Source: an uncultured Planctomycetaceae bacterium | Lineage (GTDB): Bacteria; Planctomycetota; Planctomycetia; Planctomycetales; Planctomycetaceae | DNA length: 64,000 bases | Reading direction: 5' to 3' | Assembly (NCBI GenBank): GCA_963815195.1 | Contig: CAWFGE010000013.1 | Location: 768,001-832,000, forward strand | In this document: positions 10,201 to 19,031 of the stretch, one piece after another | How the letters are laid out: every line of letters begins with the position of its first letter | How positions within the stretch are numbered: the stretch's first letter is position 1 | Notes under the pieces: generated by a model | Database searches by the model: none | What the model was told of the DNA's origin: nothing | Seen by the model: the letters and a program-made list of their open reading frames with translations, nothing else | Position numbers and translations under genes: made by a program

Positions 10201-11044
10201 CCACACGCCGACTGCGGTGAATGGGCTGTTTCAGAAATTGAGCAAGTCCTATACGCCGGAATCCCGGCTGGAGATTCTCGCGGCTTTGATGCGGCTCTAT
10301 TACAAGGAAGGCGAATACAAAGCCGGCTGGTGGGGCACTCGCCCGGACACCACGGGGCCTTATTACGATCGGCAAACCTGGTCCGAAAGTCAAAGGATTG
10401 CCGACGCTTTGAAAGTCGCCCTTTCGGAAGCCGACAAAACCATGTCCGAAAAAATCCAACAGGAGTTGGCCCGGCATCATGTCCAAATCGAAGGCTTGCC
10501 CAACCTGCTCGCCAGCCAAACCCCGGACGAGCCGGAAACCCCGATCGAACTCCCCAAGGTGGACGAGAACAACCCAAATCTCGTCGCCAACTTGCCCTAT
10601 GAGAAAGCCTTCGAGCGGACGCTTAAAACCAACGGCGACGCCGCGAAAGGGCAGGTGCTGTTTCGCAAGCAATCCTGCATCGCCTGCCACACGTATATCA
10701 ACGGCCAGAACCCCAAGGGGCCGCATTTGGTGGACATCGGCAAACGCTACAAAAAGGCGGAGCTGATCGAATCGATCCTCAAGCCCAGCGAAAAAATCGC
10801 CCAGGGGTTCGATACGTATTCGTTCCTGACCACAAGCGGCCAGGTGGTGACGGGCTTTGTCGTCAGCGAAAGTGCCGAGACGCTCACCCTCCGCGAAGCC
10901 AACGGCCTTTCCAAACAGATCCCGCAAAACGAAATCGACCAGCGCCTCAAACGCAAACTCTCCATGATGCCCCAAGGCATCGTGAACAACTTGACGCCCG
11001 AAGAGTTGGCGGACCTGATTGCGTATTTGCAGTCATTGAAGTAG
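7202..11044 (+). CDS. Secreted multidomain protein: ThuA-like domain, F5/8 type C (discoidin) domain, PVC-type beta-propeller dehydrogenase, HEAT repeats and c-type heme domain
   Basis: Signal peptide; LLVTGGCCHDY and RVFCTTIGH (ThuA); NAVDGDLRTRWCA (F5/8C); GLRNIYDV and DNTNDGGGW (propeller); CIACH heme motif with GPHLVDIG and SMMPQG. Confidence 0.9.
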   Translation: MRSAWLVFLMCLFCATARAAEPDNKAPEKKASKPIKALLVTGGCCHDYDRQKLILTKGISARANVEWTIVQQGGKTTNAKIPLYEDPNWAKGFDIVVHNECFSNVPDVEWVERILKPHREGVPAILIHCAMHCYRTGTDKWFEFVGMQSPGHGPHYSYTVENLKPEHPIMEGFGPRFVAPKGELYHSIKLWPSATALGQAKRQSDNQPQTCIWTNEYGKARVFCTTIGHYNETMAEPKYLDLVARGMLWALKRDPKKEFQPTTNKIDEEIKTLINAPVSSSSEKTSLLPQKCCGDGNLVTDRPTKASSEETGKKNFAKNAVDGDLRTRWCAAGASTGETWQVELAEPAHVRSLRIHWEKAGTAYCYKIDASKDGQTWSTIVDQSKNKKAAKITPHEVDVPDAKFLRVAFLGSSTGVWGSFWEFEAYTGDLPELPEGLIREAGDAPAASIADVEAPPGFDVKLFAKPPELNYPVCLTAAPTGELFVGVDEQGSLGKQPDRGKILRLIDRDGDGEAELINEFAKIDHPRGLIYDQGTLWVLHPPFLSVLHDDDLDGVSDRQETLITGISTDQVNKRGADHTTNGIRMGIDGWIYIAVGDFGFINAKGTDGKTLTHRGGGIVRVRPDGTEMELFCQGLRNIYDVSIDPYLNIFTRDNTNDGGGWDIRVSHILQSAHYGYPSLFKNFTDEIMPPLGDYGGGSGCGTMYFHDLRWPKKFGDALYTCDWGRSEVYVHNLPETPPTFAGHQDVFLKIPRPTDIDVDGSGRMYVSSWKNGKFDYSGPDVGFIAQITPSNFLPKPFPRLAEKSVPELIEYFASPSAAYRLHSQREILRRGRDPKTSEWLIVMAADAQAPTYARIAAIFTLGQLDGAESHPPLLKLAKNAKVREFALKALTDRKSQLQDVPAEPFVAALQDENPWVRAQALMSLGRLGKPEAAEKIIPLTTRSKDEPAPTKTPLWNQPDRGRVIPHLAVQALVKLGADEACLKALDGPNRAGALWALRYLHTPTAVNGLFQKLSKSYTPESRLEILAALMRLYYKEGEYKAGWWGTRPDTTGPYYDRQTWSESQRIADALKVALSEADKTMSEKIQQELARHHVQIEGLPNLLASQTPDEPETPIELPKVDENNPNLVANLPYEKAFERTLKTNGDAAKGQVLFRKQSCIACHTYINGQNPKGPHLVDIGKRYKKAELIESILKPSEKIAQGFDTYSFLTTSGQVVTGFVVSESAETLTLREANGLSKQIPQNEIDQRLKRKLSMMPQGIVNNLTPEELADLIAYLQSLK

Positions 11045-11115
11045 TTGGAAGGCCATAAAGGGGTAAAGGCTGCAAAGCAGAGGATTGAGGCTGAAAGACC
11101 TCTAAAGGAAAAAAA

Positions 11116-11270
11116 CCAGTGAGGGTGGCTGGGGCGCAAAGGAATGGATCAAGCGAACAACACGTTCCGAAAGCTGGGGCCATGGGAGTTATTCTCTCGC
11201 GTCCATCGCCCCAGTATTCGCTTGCGTAACTTTGTTCATAGAGGAATCTGCGCCCCAGCCACTCAACTGG
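11116..11270. repeat. Inverted repeat pair (GTGGCTGGGGCGCA core), REP-like
   Basis: 11116-11138 pairs with 11249-11270. A related single copy lies at about 53254-53272. Confidence 0.7.
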
Positions 11271-11294
11271 CTTACAGTTTAAGTAACGGAAAAA

Positions 11295-11344
11295 CCGGGG
11301 CTAGCGCCCTGCGGCTAATGAATGTGATAGTTATTTATCGAACG
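11295..11344 (+). repeat. Dispersed ~50-bp repeat (CCGGGGCTAGCGCCCT...TTATCGAACG), copy 1
   Basis: Clearly homologous to 32889-32937. The core is also related to 16121-16188 and 38407-38521. Confidence 0.75.
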
Positions 11345-11367
11345 CACAAAATAAGGACACATCTCCC

Positions 11368-11877
11368 ATGACCGATACCGAACTGACTCCCGAAGAACGC
11401 GAAGCCATCGGACAGGTTTTAGGGCGGACGCCGAGCGGGGTGTTTATTCTGACGGCGACGGACGGCGGCGGGCGCTTTACCGGGATGCTCGCCAGTTGGG
11501 TGCAGCAGGCGGCGTTCGAACCGCCCGCGCTCACGGTGGCCGTCAATGCCAAACGGTATTTGAACGATTGGCTCAAAGCCTCGCCCAAGGCGGCGCTCAA
11601 TCTCATTGGCGACGGGCAGCATCGCTTCTTAAAACACTTCGGCCGCGGCTTCGAACCCGACCAGCCCGCGTTCGAGGATGTCAAAACGGAAACAAGCCAA
11701 CTCGGCCTCCCCGTCTTGACCGAAGCCTTGGGCTACCTGGAAGGCCAGATCACCGCCCACATGGAAGCCGGCGACCACATCGTGTATCTCTTAGAGGTCC
11801 AACACGCCCGTGCCGGCGAGAGCCTGAAGGACGGCAAACCGATGGTCCACATCCGCAAAAACGGCTTTGGGTATTGA
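11368..11877 (+). CDS. Flavin reductase family protein
   Basis: PSGVFILT, GMLASWVQQAAFEPPALTVAV, and GDH motif (EAGDHIVYL). Confidence 0.92.
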   Translation: MTDTELTPEEREAIGQVLGRTPSGVFILTATDGGGRFTGMLASWVQQAAFEPPALTVAVNAKRYLNDWLKASPKAALNLIGDGQHRFLKHFGRGFEPDQPAFEDVKTETSQLGLPVLTEALGYLEGQITAHMEAGDHIVYLLEVQHARAGESLKDGKPMVHIRKNGFGY

Positions 11878-12046
11878 ACTCGGCAGCTAAACGACAAAAG
11901 AGAGCCCAATCCGCACTCAATCGAGTCGGCATTTTTGCACTGTTTCCCCTCATTGGATGGCCGGCACAGTCGGCCTTACACTGACTTCCCGTCGTCGCTG
12001 CGAGCTTGTCACGTTCATTCGCCAATCGCTTTGGTCAAGGTCATCC

Positions 12047-13440
12047 ATGAAATTCACCTTTTTAGGCGCGGCCGGGGAAGTCACCGGCAGTCAGCATTTG
12101 TTGGAGACCGGGACCTTGCGGATCCTGCTCGACTGCGGGTTTTTTCAGGGACGGCGGGCGGAGACTTATAGCCGGAATGCGAAGTTTCACTGTGATCCCA
12201 AGCATCTGGACGGGGTGATTCTTTCCCATGCGCATATCGACCACTGCGGAAACTTGCCGGGGCTGTATAAGGCGGGGTTTCGGGGGCCGATTTTTTCACG
12301 CGGGCGACGATGGACGTGGCGGACATCATGCTGCGGGACAGCGCGGGGATTCAACAGGAAGATGCGAAGTATCTCGCGAAGCATCATGGCAAGGATGCCC
12401 CGCCGATCACCCCTCTCTATGAGGAAAAGCACGTCCGCAAAGTCATGCATCAGTTCGAGCCTTTGGACTATCACGAATGGCACGACCTGTCGCCGGCATT
12501 TCGGCTCAGGTTTTCCGATGCGGGGCATATTCTCGGGTCGGCCATCACCGAAATGCACATCGAAGACGCCGGGGACATGCGGCGGGTGGTGTTCACGGGC
12601 GACTTGGGACGGAGGCATTTGCCCGTGCTCCGCGATCCGGAAATCGTGCCCGGCTGCGATATTTTGATCAGCGAATCGACCTACGGCAACCGCCTGCATC
12701 CGCCGGCCGAGAACCTCAAGGAGGAATTGCTCCGCATCATTACCCACGCCGCGAACGAAGGCGGCAAAGTCGTGATCCCCGCCTTCAGTCTGGGGCGGAC
12801 GCAGAACATCATTTATTACCTCAACGAACTCAGCGAAACCGGCCGGCTCCCGCAGATCCCCGTGTATGTGGACAGCCCGCTTTCGCATAAGCTGACGATG
12901 GTCTTCCGGGCCCATCAAGACATCATGGATGCCGAGGCCCAGCGGATGCTGCACGTCGATGAGGACCTGTTCGGCTTTCCGATGCTGCAAACGATCCGCT
13001 CGGTGCAGGAGAGCGCCGAACTCAATCGGCTGCCGGGACCGTTCGTGGTGATCTCCGCGAGCGGGATGTGCGAAAACGGCCGGGTCCGGCATCATCTCAA
13101 GCACTCGTTAGGCGATGAGAAAAACACCATCGTCCTGATCGGTTTTCAAGCGCAGCACACCCTCGGCCGCAGGCTGCTCGAAGGCCAATCGCCCGTCAAG
13201 ATTTTCGACCGTCTGATCCCGGTGCGGGCGAAGATTGAAGTCTTGAATGGTCTCTCCGCCCACGCGGACGCCGAGGATTTCAAGTGGTGGTTTGAAGGCC
13301 TGGCTTCAGAAGGCGGGATCGGGCAGGCATTTCTGGTGCACGGCGAACCCGAGGCGGCGGAAGCGTTGTCCCACCTGATCCGCGACTGCTGCGACGAGGA
13401 TCCCATCATCCCCCAATACCGCCAATCGTTCGAGGTGTGA
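12047..13440 (+). CDS. MBL-fold metallo-hydrolase, beta-CASP RNA-processing family; one frameshift near 12297
   Basis: [64 protein letters not shown]. Split between ORFs 11957..12667 and 12310..13440. Confidence 0.9.
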
Positions 13441-13494
13441 CGGGGCATTTATCAGCCGTTGGGCGCTGGCGCACGGTTGGTTCTCGATGGATCC

Positions 13495-13908
13495 CTACTT
13501 GCTCATCGGAAAACCGTCGGGGCCGAACTGCACGGTGTGCATGGTATCGACCTGGCCGGACTGTTCGGCGGGCGGCTCGGCCTTTCCGTCCTGTGAAGGC
13601 TTGGCGGTTTCGACTTCGCCGACCTCGACGCCGGCGGCTTTGAGTTTTTCGCGGGCGAAGTTTCCGACGCCCCGCAGCTCGCCGATTTTGCTGCGGGCGT
13701 TGTCCACATCCTGGCGGACATCGTCGAGCAGGGCCTGGTACTGGTCGTAGGTCACTTTTCCGTTCCCGTTCCCGCTCTCGTCGGCGTCGGCATCCATCTT
13801 CCGCTGCACGTAGCGTTCGATGCCGTGCAGTTCGGAAACCGATTGCTCGACGTCGGCGAGATCCTTTTGAACATCCTCCAAAACCTGCCGGTAATAATCG
13901 TTATTCAT
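13495..13908 (-). CDS. Hypothetical protein with an internally duplicated ~35-aa helical unit
   Basis: YYRQVLEDVQKDLADVEQSVSELHGIERYVQRKM aligns with YQALLDDVRQDVDNARSKIGELRGVGNFAREKL. GAGGAG RBS upstream. Confidence 0.75.
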   Translation of the reverse strand: MNNDYYRQVLEDVQKDLADVEQSVSELHGIERYVQRKMDADADESGNGNGKVTYDQYQALLDDVRQDVDNARSKIGELRGVGNFAREKLKAAGVEVGEVETAKPSQDGKAEPPAEQSGQVDTMHTVQFGPDGFPMSK

Positions 13909-14110
13909 GGCGGGACTCCTCGCTGGAAAAACTTCGACTCATTCCCCAATTGACTATACGGACCAATCCCCCGGAGTGCAACGCTTTCCCAAAACGGTCG
14001 GGGGCGATTTTCGGTTTGGAATTGAATTTCCCGCGCGGGATGGGCATTCTATTATGTGACCCGTCGCGAGTCTCTTTTCACTTCTTGGGCCAAGCCAGCA
14101 GGAACACGTC

Positions 14111-15214
14111 ATGGAACCCGAAAACGCCAATCTGTCCGAAGGTCAAAACGCTCCCAGCACGTCCGCCAACGCCGCGCCGGCCGAAAAGCCGCCCCGTTCC
14201 AAATTGGAGCGGGCTCTTGTGTGGACGGGGATCGGGCTTTTGCTGATTTTCGCCGGGGTGGAAGCCTTTTCTCAATATGCTTACACGAAAACCCTTGAGG
14301 ATCTGGAGACGGCGATCAACGAGGCGAAAAAGCCGCTGACCCTGGACGATTTCGACGGCGGGATTCGCCAGGGGCTGCCCATCGTCAGTGCCGGCGATCG
14401 GGGCGGAGAGAAAACCATCGTCTACAAATGGCCCAGCCTGCTCCGGCAGTATGAACTCCATCTGACCGCAAAGCCCGGCAAGGAGCAAATCCTCGTGACT
14501 TATTCCACCGGCGACGGCCCCGGAGCTTTGATCGGCCAGCCCGGCAACCCGGACGAATCGGCCAACGACGAAGAAGGGGGAGCGCCGGGAGGACCTCCCG
14601 CGCACGGTGACGGAGCGGCGGGCGGCGGACCTGGAGGCGGCGGCGGACCTGGCGGCGGCGGCGGACGGCGCGGCCGGGGCAACCCCTTGCAGCGGTTGGT
14701 GGGCGAATCCCTGCAATCGGAACTCCAGCTTTCCGACGACCAAAAGACGCAAATCGAAGACCTGATCGAAAGCCAGCAGTCCGCCCCCATGCCGGATCTC
14801 ACTCCCGAACAACGGGCGGACCAAGCCGAGACCCGCCGGAAAGAAGCCCAGGCGAAGCTCCAGGAGATTCTGAACGAGAAGCAATTCACGCGGGCTCGTC
14901 AAATTCTGCTCCACGCCCGCGGGACCGAAGCTCTGACCCAAGAGGACGTGGCCGGCGAACTCAAGCTCACCGACGAGCAGCGCGAGAAAATCGCCGCGAT
15001 CATCACCAGCGGCCAGGAAAAACGGCGGGAATTGTTCCAGAAGGCCCAAAGCGGCGAGATCGAACGCAGCGAAATCCGGCCAAAGATGACGGAAATGCAA
15101 ACGCAGACGGACCAAGACGTTCTCGCGTTACTCACGGACGACCAAAAGCAGGCTTGGGAGAAACTCTTGGGTCCCGCCCCGCCGGAACCCGAACGCGGCC
15201 CGCGCGGGCAATAA
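14111..15214 (+). CDS. Membrane-anchored protein with Gly-rich linker and Spy/CpxP-like LTxxQ repeats
   Basis: One TM helix, a GGGPGGG linker, and motifs LSDDQK, LTPEQR, LNEKQ, LTDEQR, LTDDQK. Confidence 0.7.
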   Translation: MEPENANLSEGQNAPSTSANAAPAEKPPRSKLERALVWTGIGLLLIFAGVEAFSQYAYTKTLEDLETAINEAKKPLTLDDFDGGIRQGLPIVSAGDRGGEKTIVYKWPSLLRQYELHLTAKPGKEQILVTYSTGDGPGALIGQPGNPDESANDEEGGAPGGPPAHGDGAAGGGPGGGGGPGGGGGRRGRGNPLQRLVGESLQSELQLSDDQKTQIEDLIESQQSAPMPDLTPEQRADQAETRRKEAQAKLQEILNEKQFTRARQILLHARGTEALTQEDVAGELKLTDEQREKIAAIITSGQEKRRELFQKAQSGEIERSEIRPKMTEMQTQTDQDVLALLTDDQKQAWEKLLGPAPPEPERGPRGQ

Positions 15215-15286
15215 CGTCGGAATCGCTCATCCCGTAGCGGGGGCTTTTAGCCGCCGAGATCGATCGACGGGGGCCAGATGCCGCCG

Positions 15287-16033
15287 CTACGTTTTGCCTT
15301 GGCCGGCGGCGATGGCGTCGGCGACGGAAATGCTGCCTTCGTAAAGAGCGCGGCCGATAATGGCTCCGATCAATTTGGGATGTTCCCGGCTGGTCTCTGC
15401 GAGCCGGCGCACATCCTCCAAATGGCTCACGCCACCGCTGGCGATCACCGGAAAACCGAGCTTCGTCAGCTCCACCATGTCGCCGATGGTGGCCTCGTCG
15501 ATGCCTTGCATCATGCCATCGTTCGCGATGTTCGTATAAATTACGGCCGCGAGAGAGAGCCCCTGGTAGGATCCGGCCAACTCGATCGCGGGGGTTTGCG
15601 AGACGTCCAGCCAGCCGCCGGTGGCGACCTTGGAATCCTTGGCGTCCAAGCCCAGCGCGATTCGGCCGGGAAAGCGGGCGGTCATTTCGCGGAACCAGTC
15701 GGGCTGCTTGAGGGCCTGGGTGCCGACGATCGCCCGGTCCAGCCCGATTTTTTCGAGAATGGTTTCGAGTCCCTGTTCCGTCCGCAGTCCGCCGCCGAGT
15801 TGGCAGGGAATGGAAACGGCCCGGGCGATGGATTCGATCACGCCCAGGTTGACCGGTTCGCCGGCGCGGGCTCCATCCAGATCGACGAGGTGCAGCCGCT
15901 GGGCCCCTTCGTCCGCCCAGCGCTTGGCCATCTCGACGGGATCATCGCCGAACACGGTTTCCTGATCGTAGTCGCCCTGGCGGAGCCGGACACACTTTCC
16001 GCCCCGAATATCAATCGCCGGCAGGATTTGCAT
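15287..16033 (-). CDS. hisA: ProFAR isomerase (histidine biosynthesis)
   Basis: [49 protein letters not shown]. Confidence 0.97.
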   Translation of the reverse strand: MQILPAIDIRGGKCVRLRQGDYDQETVFGDDPVEMAKRWADEGAQRLHLVDLDGARAGEPVNLGVIESIARAVSIPCQLGGGLRTEQGLETILEKIGLDRAIVGTQALKQPDWFREMTARFPGRIALGLDAKDSKVATGGWLDVSQTPAIELAGSYQGLSLAAVIYTNIANDGMMQGIDEATIGDMVELTKLGFPVIASGGVSHLEDVRRLAETSREHPKLIGAIIGRALYEGSISVADAIAAGQGKT

Positions 16034-16120
16034 GGTGGTTTCACTTTGTCATTGGTCCTGACCCGGCCGCTACCACGGCTCGCATCGCCGGACCACCTTG
16101 AAAACGAATGAGTTCTTCTT

Positions 16121-16188
16121 TGAGCGGCACGGCGCTAGCCGCCGGTCTTTCCAATTCGAAAGACCGGCGGCTAGCGCCTTGCCGCTCA
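16121..16188. repeat. Near-perfect palindrome (REP-like doublet) between hisH and hisA
   Basis: TGAGCGGCACGGCGCTAGCCGCCGGTCTTTC, 6-nt loop, GAAAGACCGGCGGCTAGCGCCTTGCCGCTCA. Confidence 0.85.
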
Positions 16189-16224
16189 CTTATTTCTCGA
16201 ACGATTGTAAGCGGTTTTCGCGGC

Positions 16225-16830
16225 TCACAGTTCCGCGAAGTTCTGGAGGAGCTTTAGGCCGAGGTGTTGGCTTTTTTCCGGGTGGAATTGCGTGGCAAAC
16301 AGGTTGTCCCGCGCGATCATCGACACGAACGATTGGCCGTGCGTCGTGCGGGCGGCCACGAGGGATTCATCTCTGGGCACCACATGATAACTATGCACGA
16401 AGTAAAAGTGCGAGCCGTCGGGAATGTCTTTGAGCAAAACCGGCTGCCCCGCAATCTCCAACTGGTTCCAGCCCATGTGGGGGATTTTGAGGCCGGGCCG
16501 ATCCTGAAGCCGGACCACTTCGCCCGGCACCACGCCCAGGCCTTCCCATTCCCCATCTTCGTAACTGACATCGAACAACAACTGCAGGCCCAGGCAGATG
16601 CCCAAAAACGGCTTGCCCGCGGCGATGTGGTCTGTGACCGGGGCGACCATCCTCTGTTTTTTGAGTTCGGCGATGGCGTCCCGAAAAGCACCCACGCCGG
16701 GGAGCACGAGTTTCTCGGCCTGAGCGATTTCCGCGGGGGACTGGGAAATCTCCGCGGGCACGCCGAGCTTCTGAAACGCCTTTTGCACGCTCCGCAGATT
16801 GCCCATGCCGTAATCGACGATCGTAATCAT
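16225..16830 (-). CDS. hisH: Imidazole glycerol phosphate synthase glutamine amidotransferase subunit
   Basis: [45 protein letters not shown]. Confidence 0.98.
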   Translation of the reverse strand: MITIVDYGMGNLRSVQKAFQKLGVPAEISQSPAEIAQAEKLVLPGVGAFRDAIAELKKQRMVAPVTDHIAAGKPFLGICLGLQLLFDVSYEDGEWEGLGVVPGEVVRLQDRPGLKIPHMGWNQLEIAGQPVLLKDIPDGSHFYFVHSYHVVPRDESLVAARTTHGQSFVSMIARDNLFATQFHPEKSQHLGLKLLQNFAEL

Positions 16831-16862
16831 CTTCGCTGCATTTGACCTTTTTGATGAAAAGT

Positions 16863-18266
16863 TTAATCCGGCCAGCCGGTCGCGTTGTCGCGGTTGCGCC
16901 AGCGTTCTTCAAATATCATACCCTGCGCCGCCGCCTCGCCGGGCCATTCGTGGGTCGTCGTCCATTGCTGCCGGTCGCGTTCGACGACTTCTCCTGCAAG
17001 GTACGTTAGGGTGTCGGCCGAGGTCCAGACTTCGGCCCATTCCATTTCCGGTTCGGGATAAAGCGGAATGCCCAGAAGCCGCTTGATGAGTTGAATAAAA
17101 AACAGGGCCGGGATCATCAATAGCAAGAGCGCCAGGCCCATCAAAAGCACGAGGGGGCCCGCGGAAAACCACCGCCCCACGATCGGCCACATCCATTTCC
17201 AGCACAGAACCACAACGAGGGCGCTGAAGCTGAGATACGGCCCGTAGGGAATGTGCATTTCCACAAGCCGGGATTTGCTGAACAGCGAAATCCCCCAGCG
17301 GATGCCGGTGACGAGCATCGCGAAAAACGGCGCAATGAAAAACGCGACCAGCGTGGGCTGCCAGCCGAGAAAGCTGCCCACGAGGGCCATCAGAATCACG
17401 TCGCCGAAGCCCATCGCTTCCCGCCGGAGCGTCAAAAACCCCGCGAGCCGGACGCCCCACACCAACCCGCCGCCAATGACAATCCCCGCCGCGCTCACCG
17501 CCAACCCGTTTAGGTGGGGAAACTCCAAGGTCCACGCGGGCACCTGCAAACCGTGAAGGCCGAAGGTTCGCACGCCGGGAAAAACCGGCCTCGGCGGCGC
17601 GACCATTTCACCAAACAGGTTCTGCGCCGATTCCGGCGCATAAAACGCGAGGGCGGGATCCTGAAACCACACCGGCACGAGATACAACTGTCCGAACGCG
17701 GCCGCCCCGATCAGTCCGACCACCATCGCCGGCAGCGTCGAGCCGTCGGGAATTGTCATCGTGTCCAGGTCGATCAAACTCGCGGCGAACAACGCTTCCA
17801 ATAAGACCAAATGATAGAAATACCGCACGTGCAAAATTTGAACCTCGGCCAGTCCGCCCGCCAACTGGGGTCCCAACGGCGACCACGCGGAGCTTTCCCA
17901 GATCCGCGTCGAAAACTCGTGCGGCAGTTCCAGCCAATACACCACCACAAACAACATCCCGTTCAAAAACTCGACCAGCGGATAGCGGACGGAAATCCGG
18001 CCCCGGCAATGTCGGCAGCGGCCTTTCAGCCTGAGCCAGCCGATGATTGGGATGTTGTCCGACTTGCGGATCGGCGTTTTGCAGCGCGGACAATGCGAAC
18101 CCGGCGAGACCAGCCCGCGGAGTTGATCCCAGAGCCGCTCGTGCTGCGGAATGCGGTAAACGCAGACGTTCAAAAAACTGCCCAGCACCGAACCCAGGAC
18201 AAACAGCCACATCAAGATCAACCAGAACACCACGTCCTGGGGAATCAGGCTCTCGAAGGCGATCAC
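16863..18266 (-). CDS. pilD: Type IV prepilin peptidase (A24 family) with insertions and a C-terminal extension
   Basis: [41 protein letters not shown]. The GTG start at 18266 overlaps the aroK stop (GTGA). Confidence 0.9.
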   Translation of the reverse strand: MIAFESLIPQDVVFWLILMWLFVLGSVLGSFLNVCVYRIPQHERLWDQLRGLVSPGSHCPRCKTPIRKSDNIPIIGWLRLKGRCRHCRGRISVRYPLVEFLNGMLFVVVYWLELPHEFSTRIWESSAWSPLGPQLAGGLAEVQILHVRYFYHLVLLEALFAASLIDLDTMTIPDGSTLPAMVVGLIGAAAFGQLYLVPVWFQDPALAFYAPESAQNLFGEMVAPPRPVFPGVRTFGLHGLQVPAWTLEFPHLNGLAVSAAGIVIGGGLVWGVRLAGFLTLRREAMGFGDVILMALVGSFLGWQPTLVAFFIAPFFAMLVTGIRWGISLFSKSRLVEMHIPYGPYLSFSALVVVLCWKWMWPIVGRWFSAGPLVLLMGLALLLLMIPALFFIQLIKRLLGIPLYPEPEMEWAEVWTSADTLTYLAGEVVERDRQQWTTTHEWPGEAAAQGMIFEERWRNRDNATGWPD

Positions 18267-18802
18267 TCGGCCGACCCCTCCACTTCCCAGGACACCGCCC
18301 AATCGGCAACGGTTCGGGCCAATTCTTCGGGAGTCTTCGCGTCCACGTCCAGCACGCGGTGGGCACATTCGCGGTACAGCGGCTCCCGCTCGGCAAGGAG
18401 CGTCTCAATTTCCGCGCGGCCGCCGCCTGCGGTGAGGTTCGGCCGGCGGTCCGTTGTCGTGGGGTCCTGAAAAATCCGCTCCGCCAAGGTGCCAACGCTC
18501 GCCCTGAGCCACACGACCAATCCCGCGGACCGCATCCGCGCCCGCGTCTCTGCGTTCAAAATCGCCCCGCCGCCCGCTGCGATAATCGAGCGGTCCCGCG
18601 AAAGCAAATCCGCCAGCACCCGCCGCTCCCAGTCGCGAAACACCGCTTCGCCGTCGTCGGCGAAAAGTTCCCGAATGCTCTTTCCCGCGGCCCGTTCGAT
18701 CTCCACGTCGGCATCGATCCAATCCCAACCGAGCAACTTCGCCAACGGAGCCGCCAGCGTGCTTTTCCCGCTTCCGCGATAACCGATCAACGTAATGACC
18801 AT
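18263..18802 (-). CDS. aroK: Shikimate kinase
   Basis: LIGYRGSGKST P-loop, DAD, GEAVFRDWE, GGGAIL, RPNL, REPLY. ATG at 18802. Confidence 0.96.
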   Translation of the reverse strand: MVITLIGYRGSGKSTLAAPLAKLLGWDWIDADVEIERAAGKSIRELFADDGEAVFRDWERRVLADLLSRDRSIIAAGGGAILNAETRARMRSAGLVVWLRASVGTLAERIFQDPTTTDRRPNLTAGGGRAEIETLLAEREPLYRECAHRVLDVDAKTPEELARTVADWAVSWEVEGSAE

Positions 18803-19031
18803 AACGGGACAACACTGCTGCGAAACTCGGACAAAACCCCCGGCCGATGCCTTGTGTTGTGAATAACGCCTGCCCCCGAATCCGTCAACGCTCCCCCGGA
18901 CTTTTCCCTCGCTTCTCGAGGCAGCAACGCGTTCCCTTTTCGATGACAGCGGCGTCATCGCAGCCAGTTCAAGCGTCAAGCCTGTCGTCCCCTTTGTGGC
19001 TTTTGCCCCTCTGTGGCCTTTGTGGCCTTCG

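Noticed and set aside
12285..12310. Programmed ribosomal frameshift at the T-run in the MBL hydrolase (and at other split genes)
   Set aside because: Similar breaks occur in many unrelated genes in both directions without conserved slippery heptamers; sequencing error is more parsimonious.
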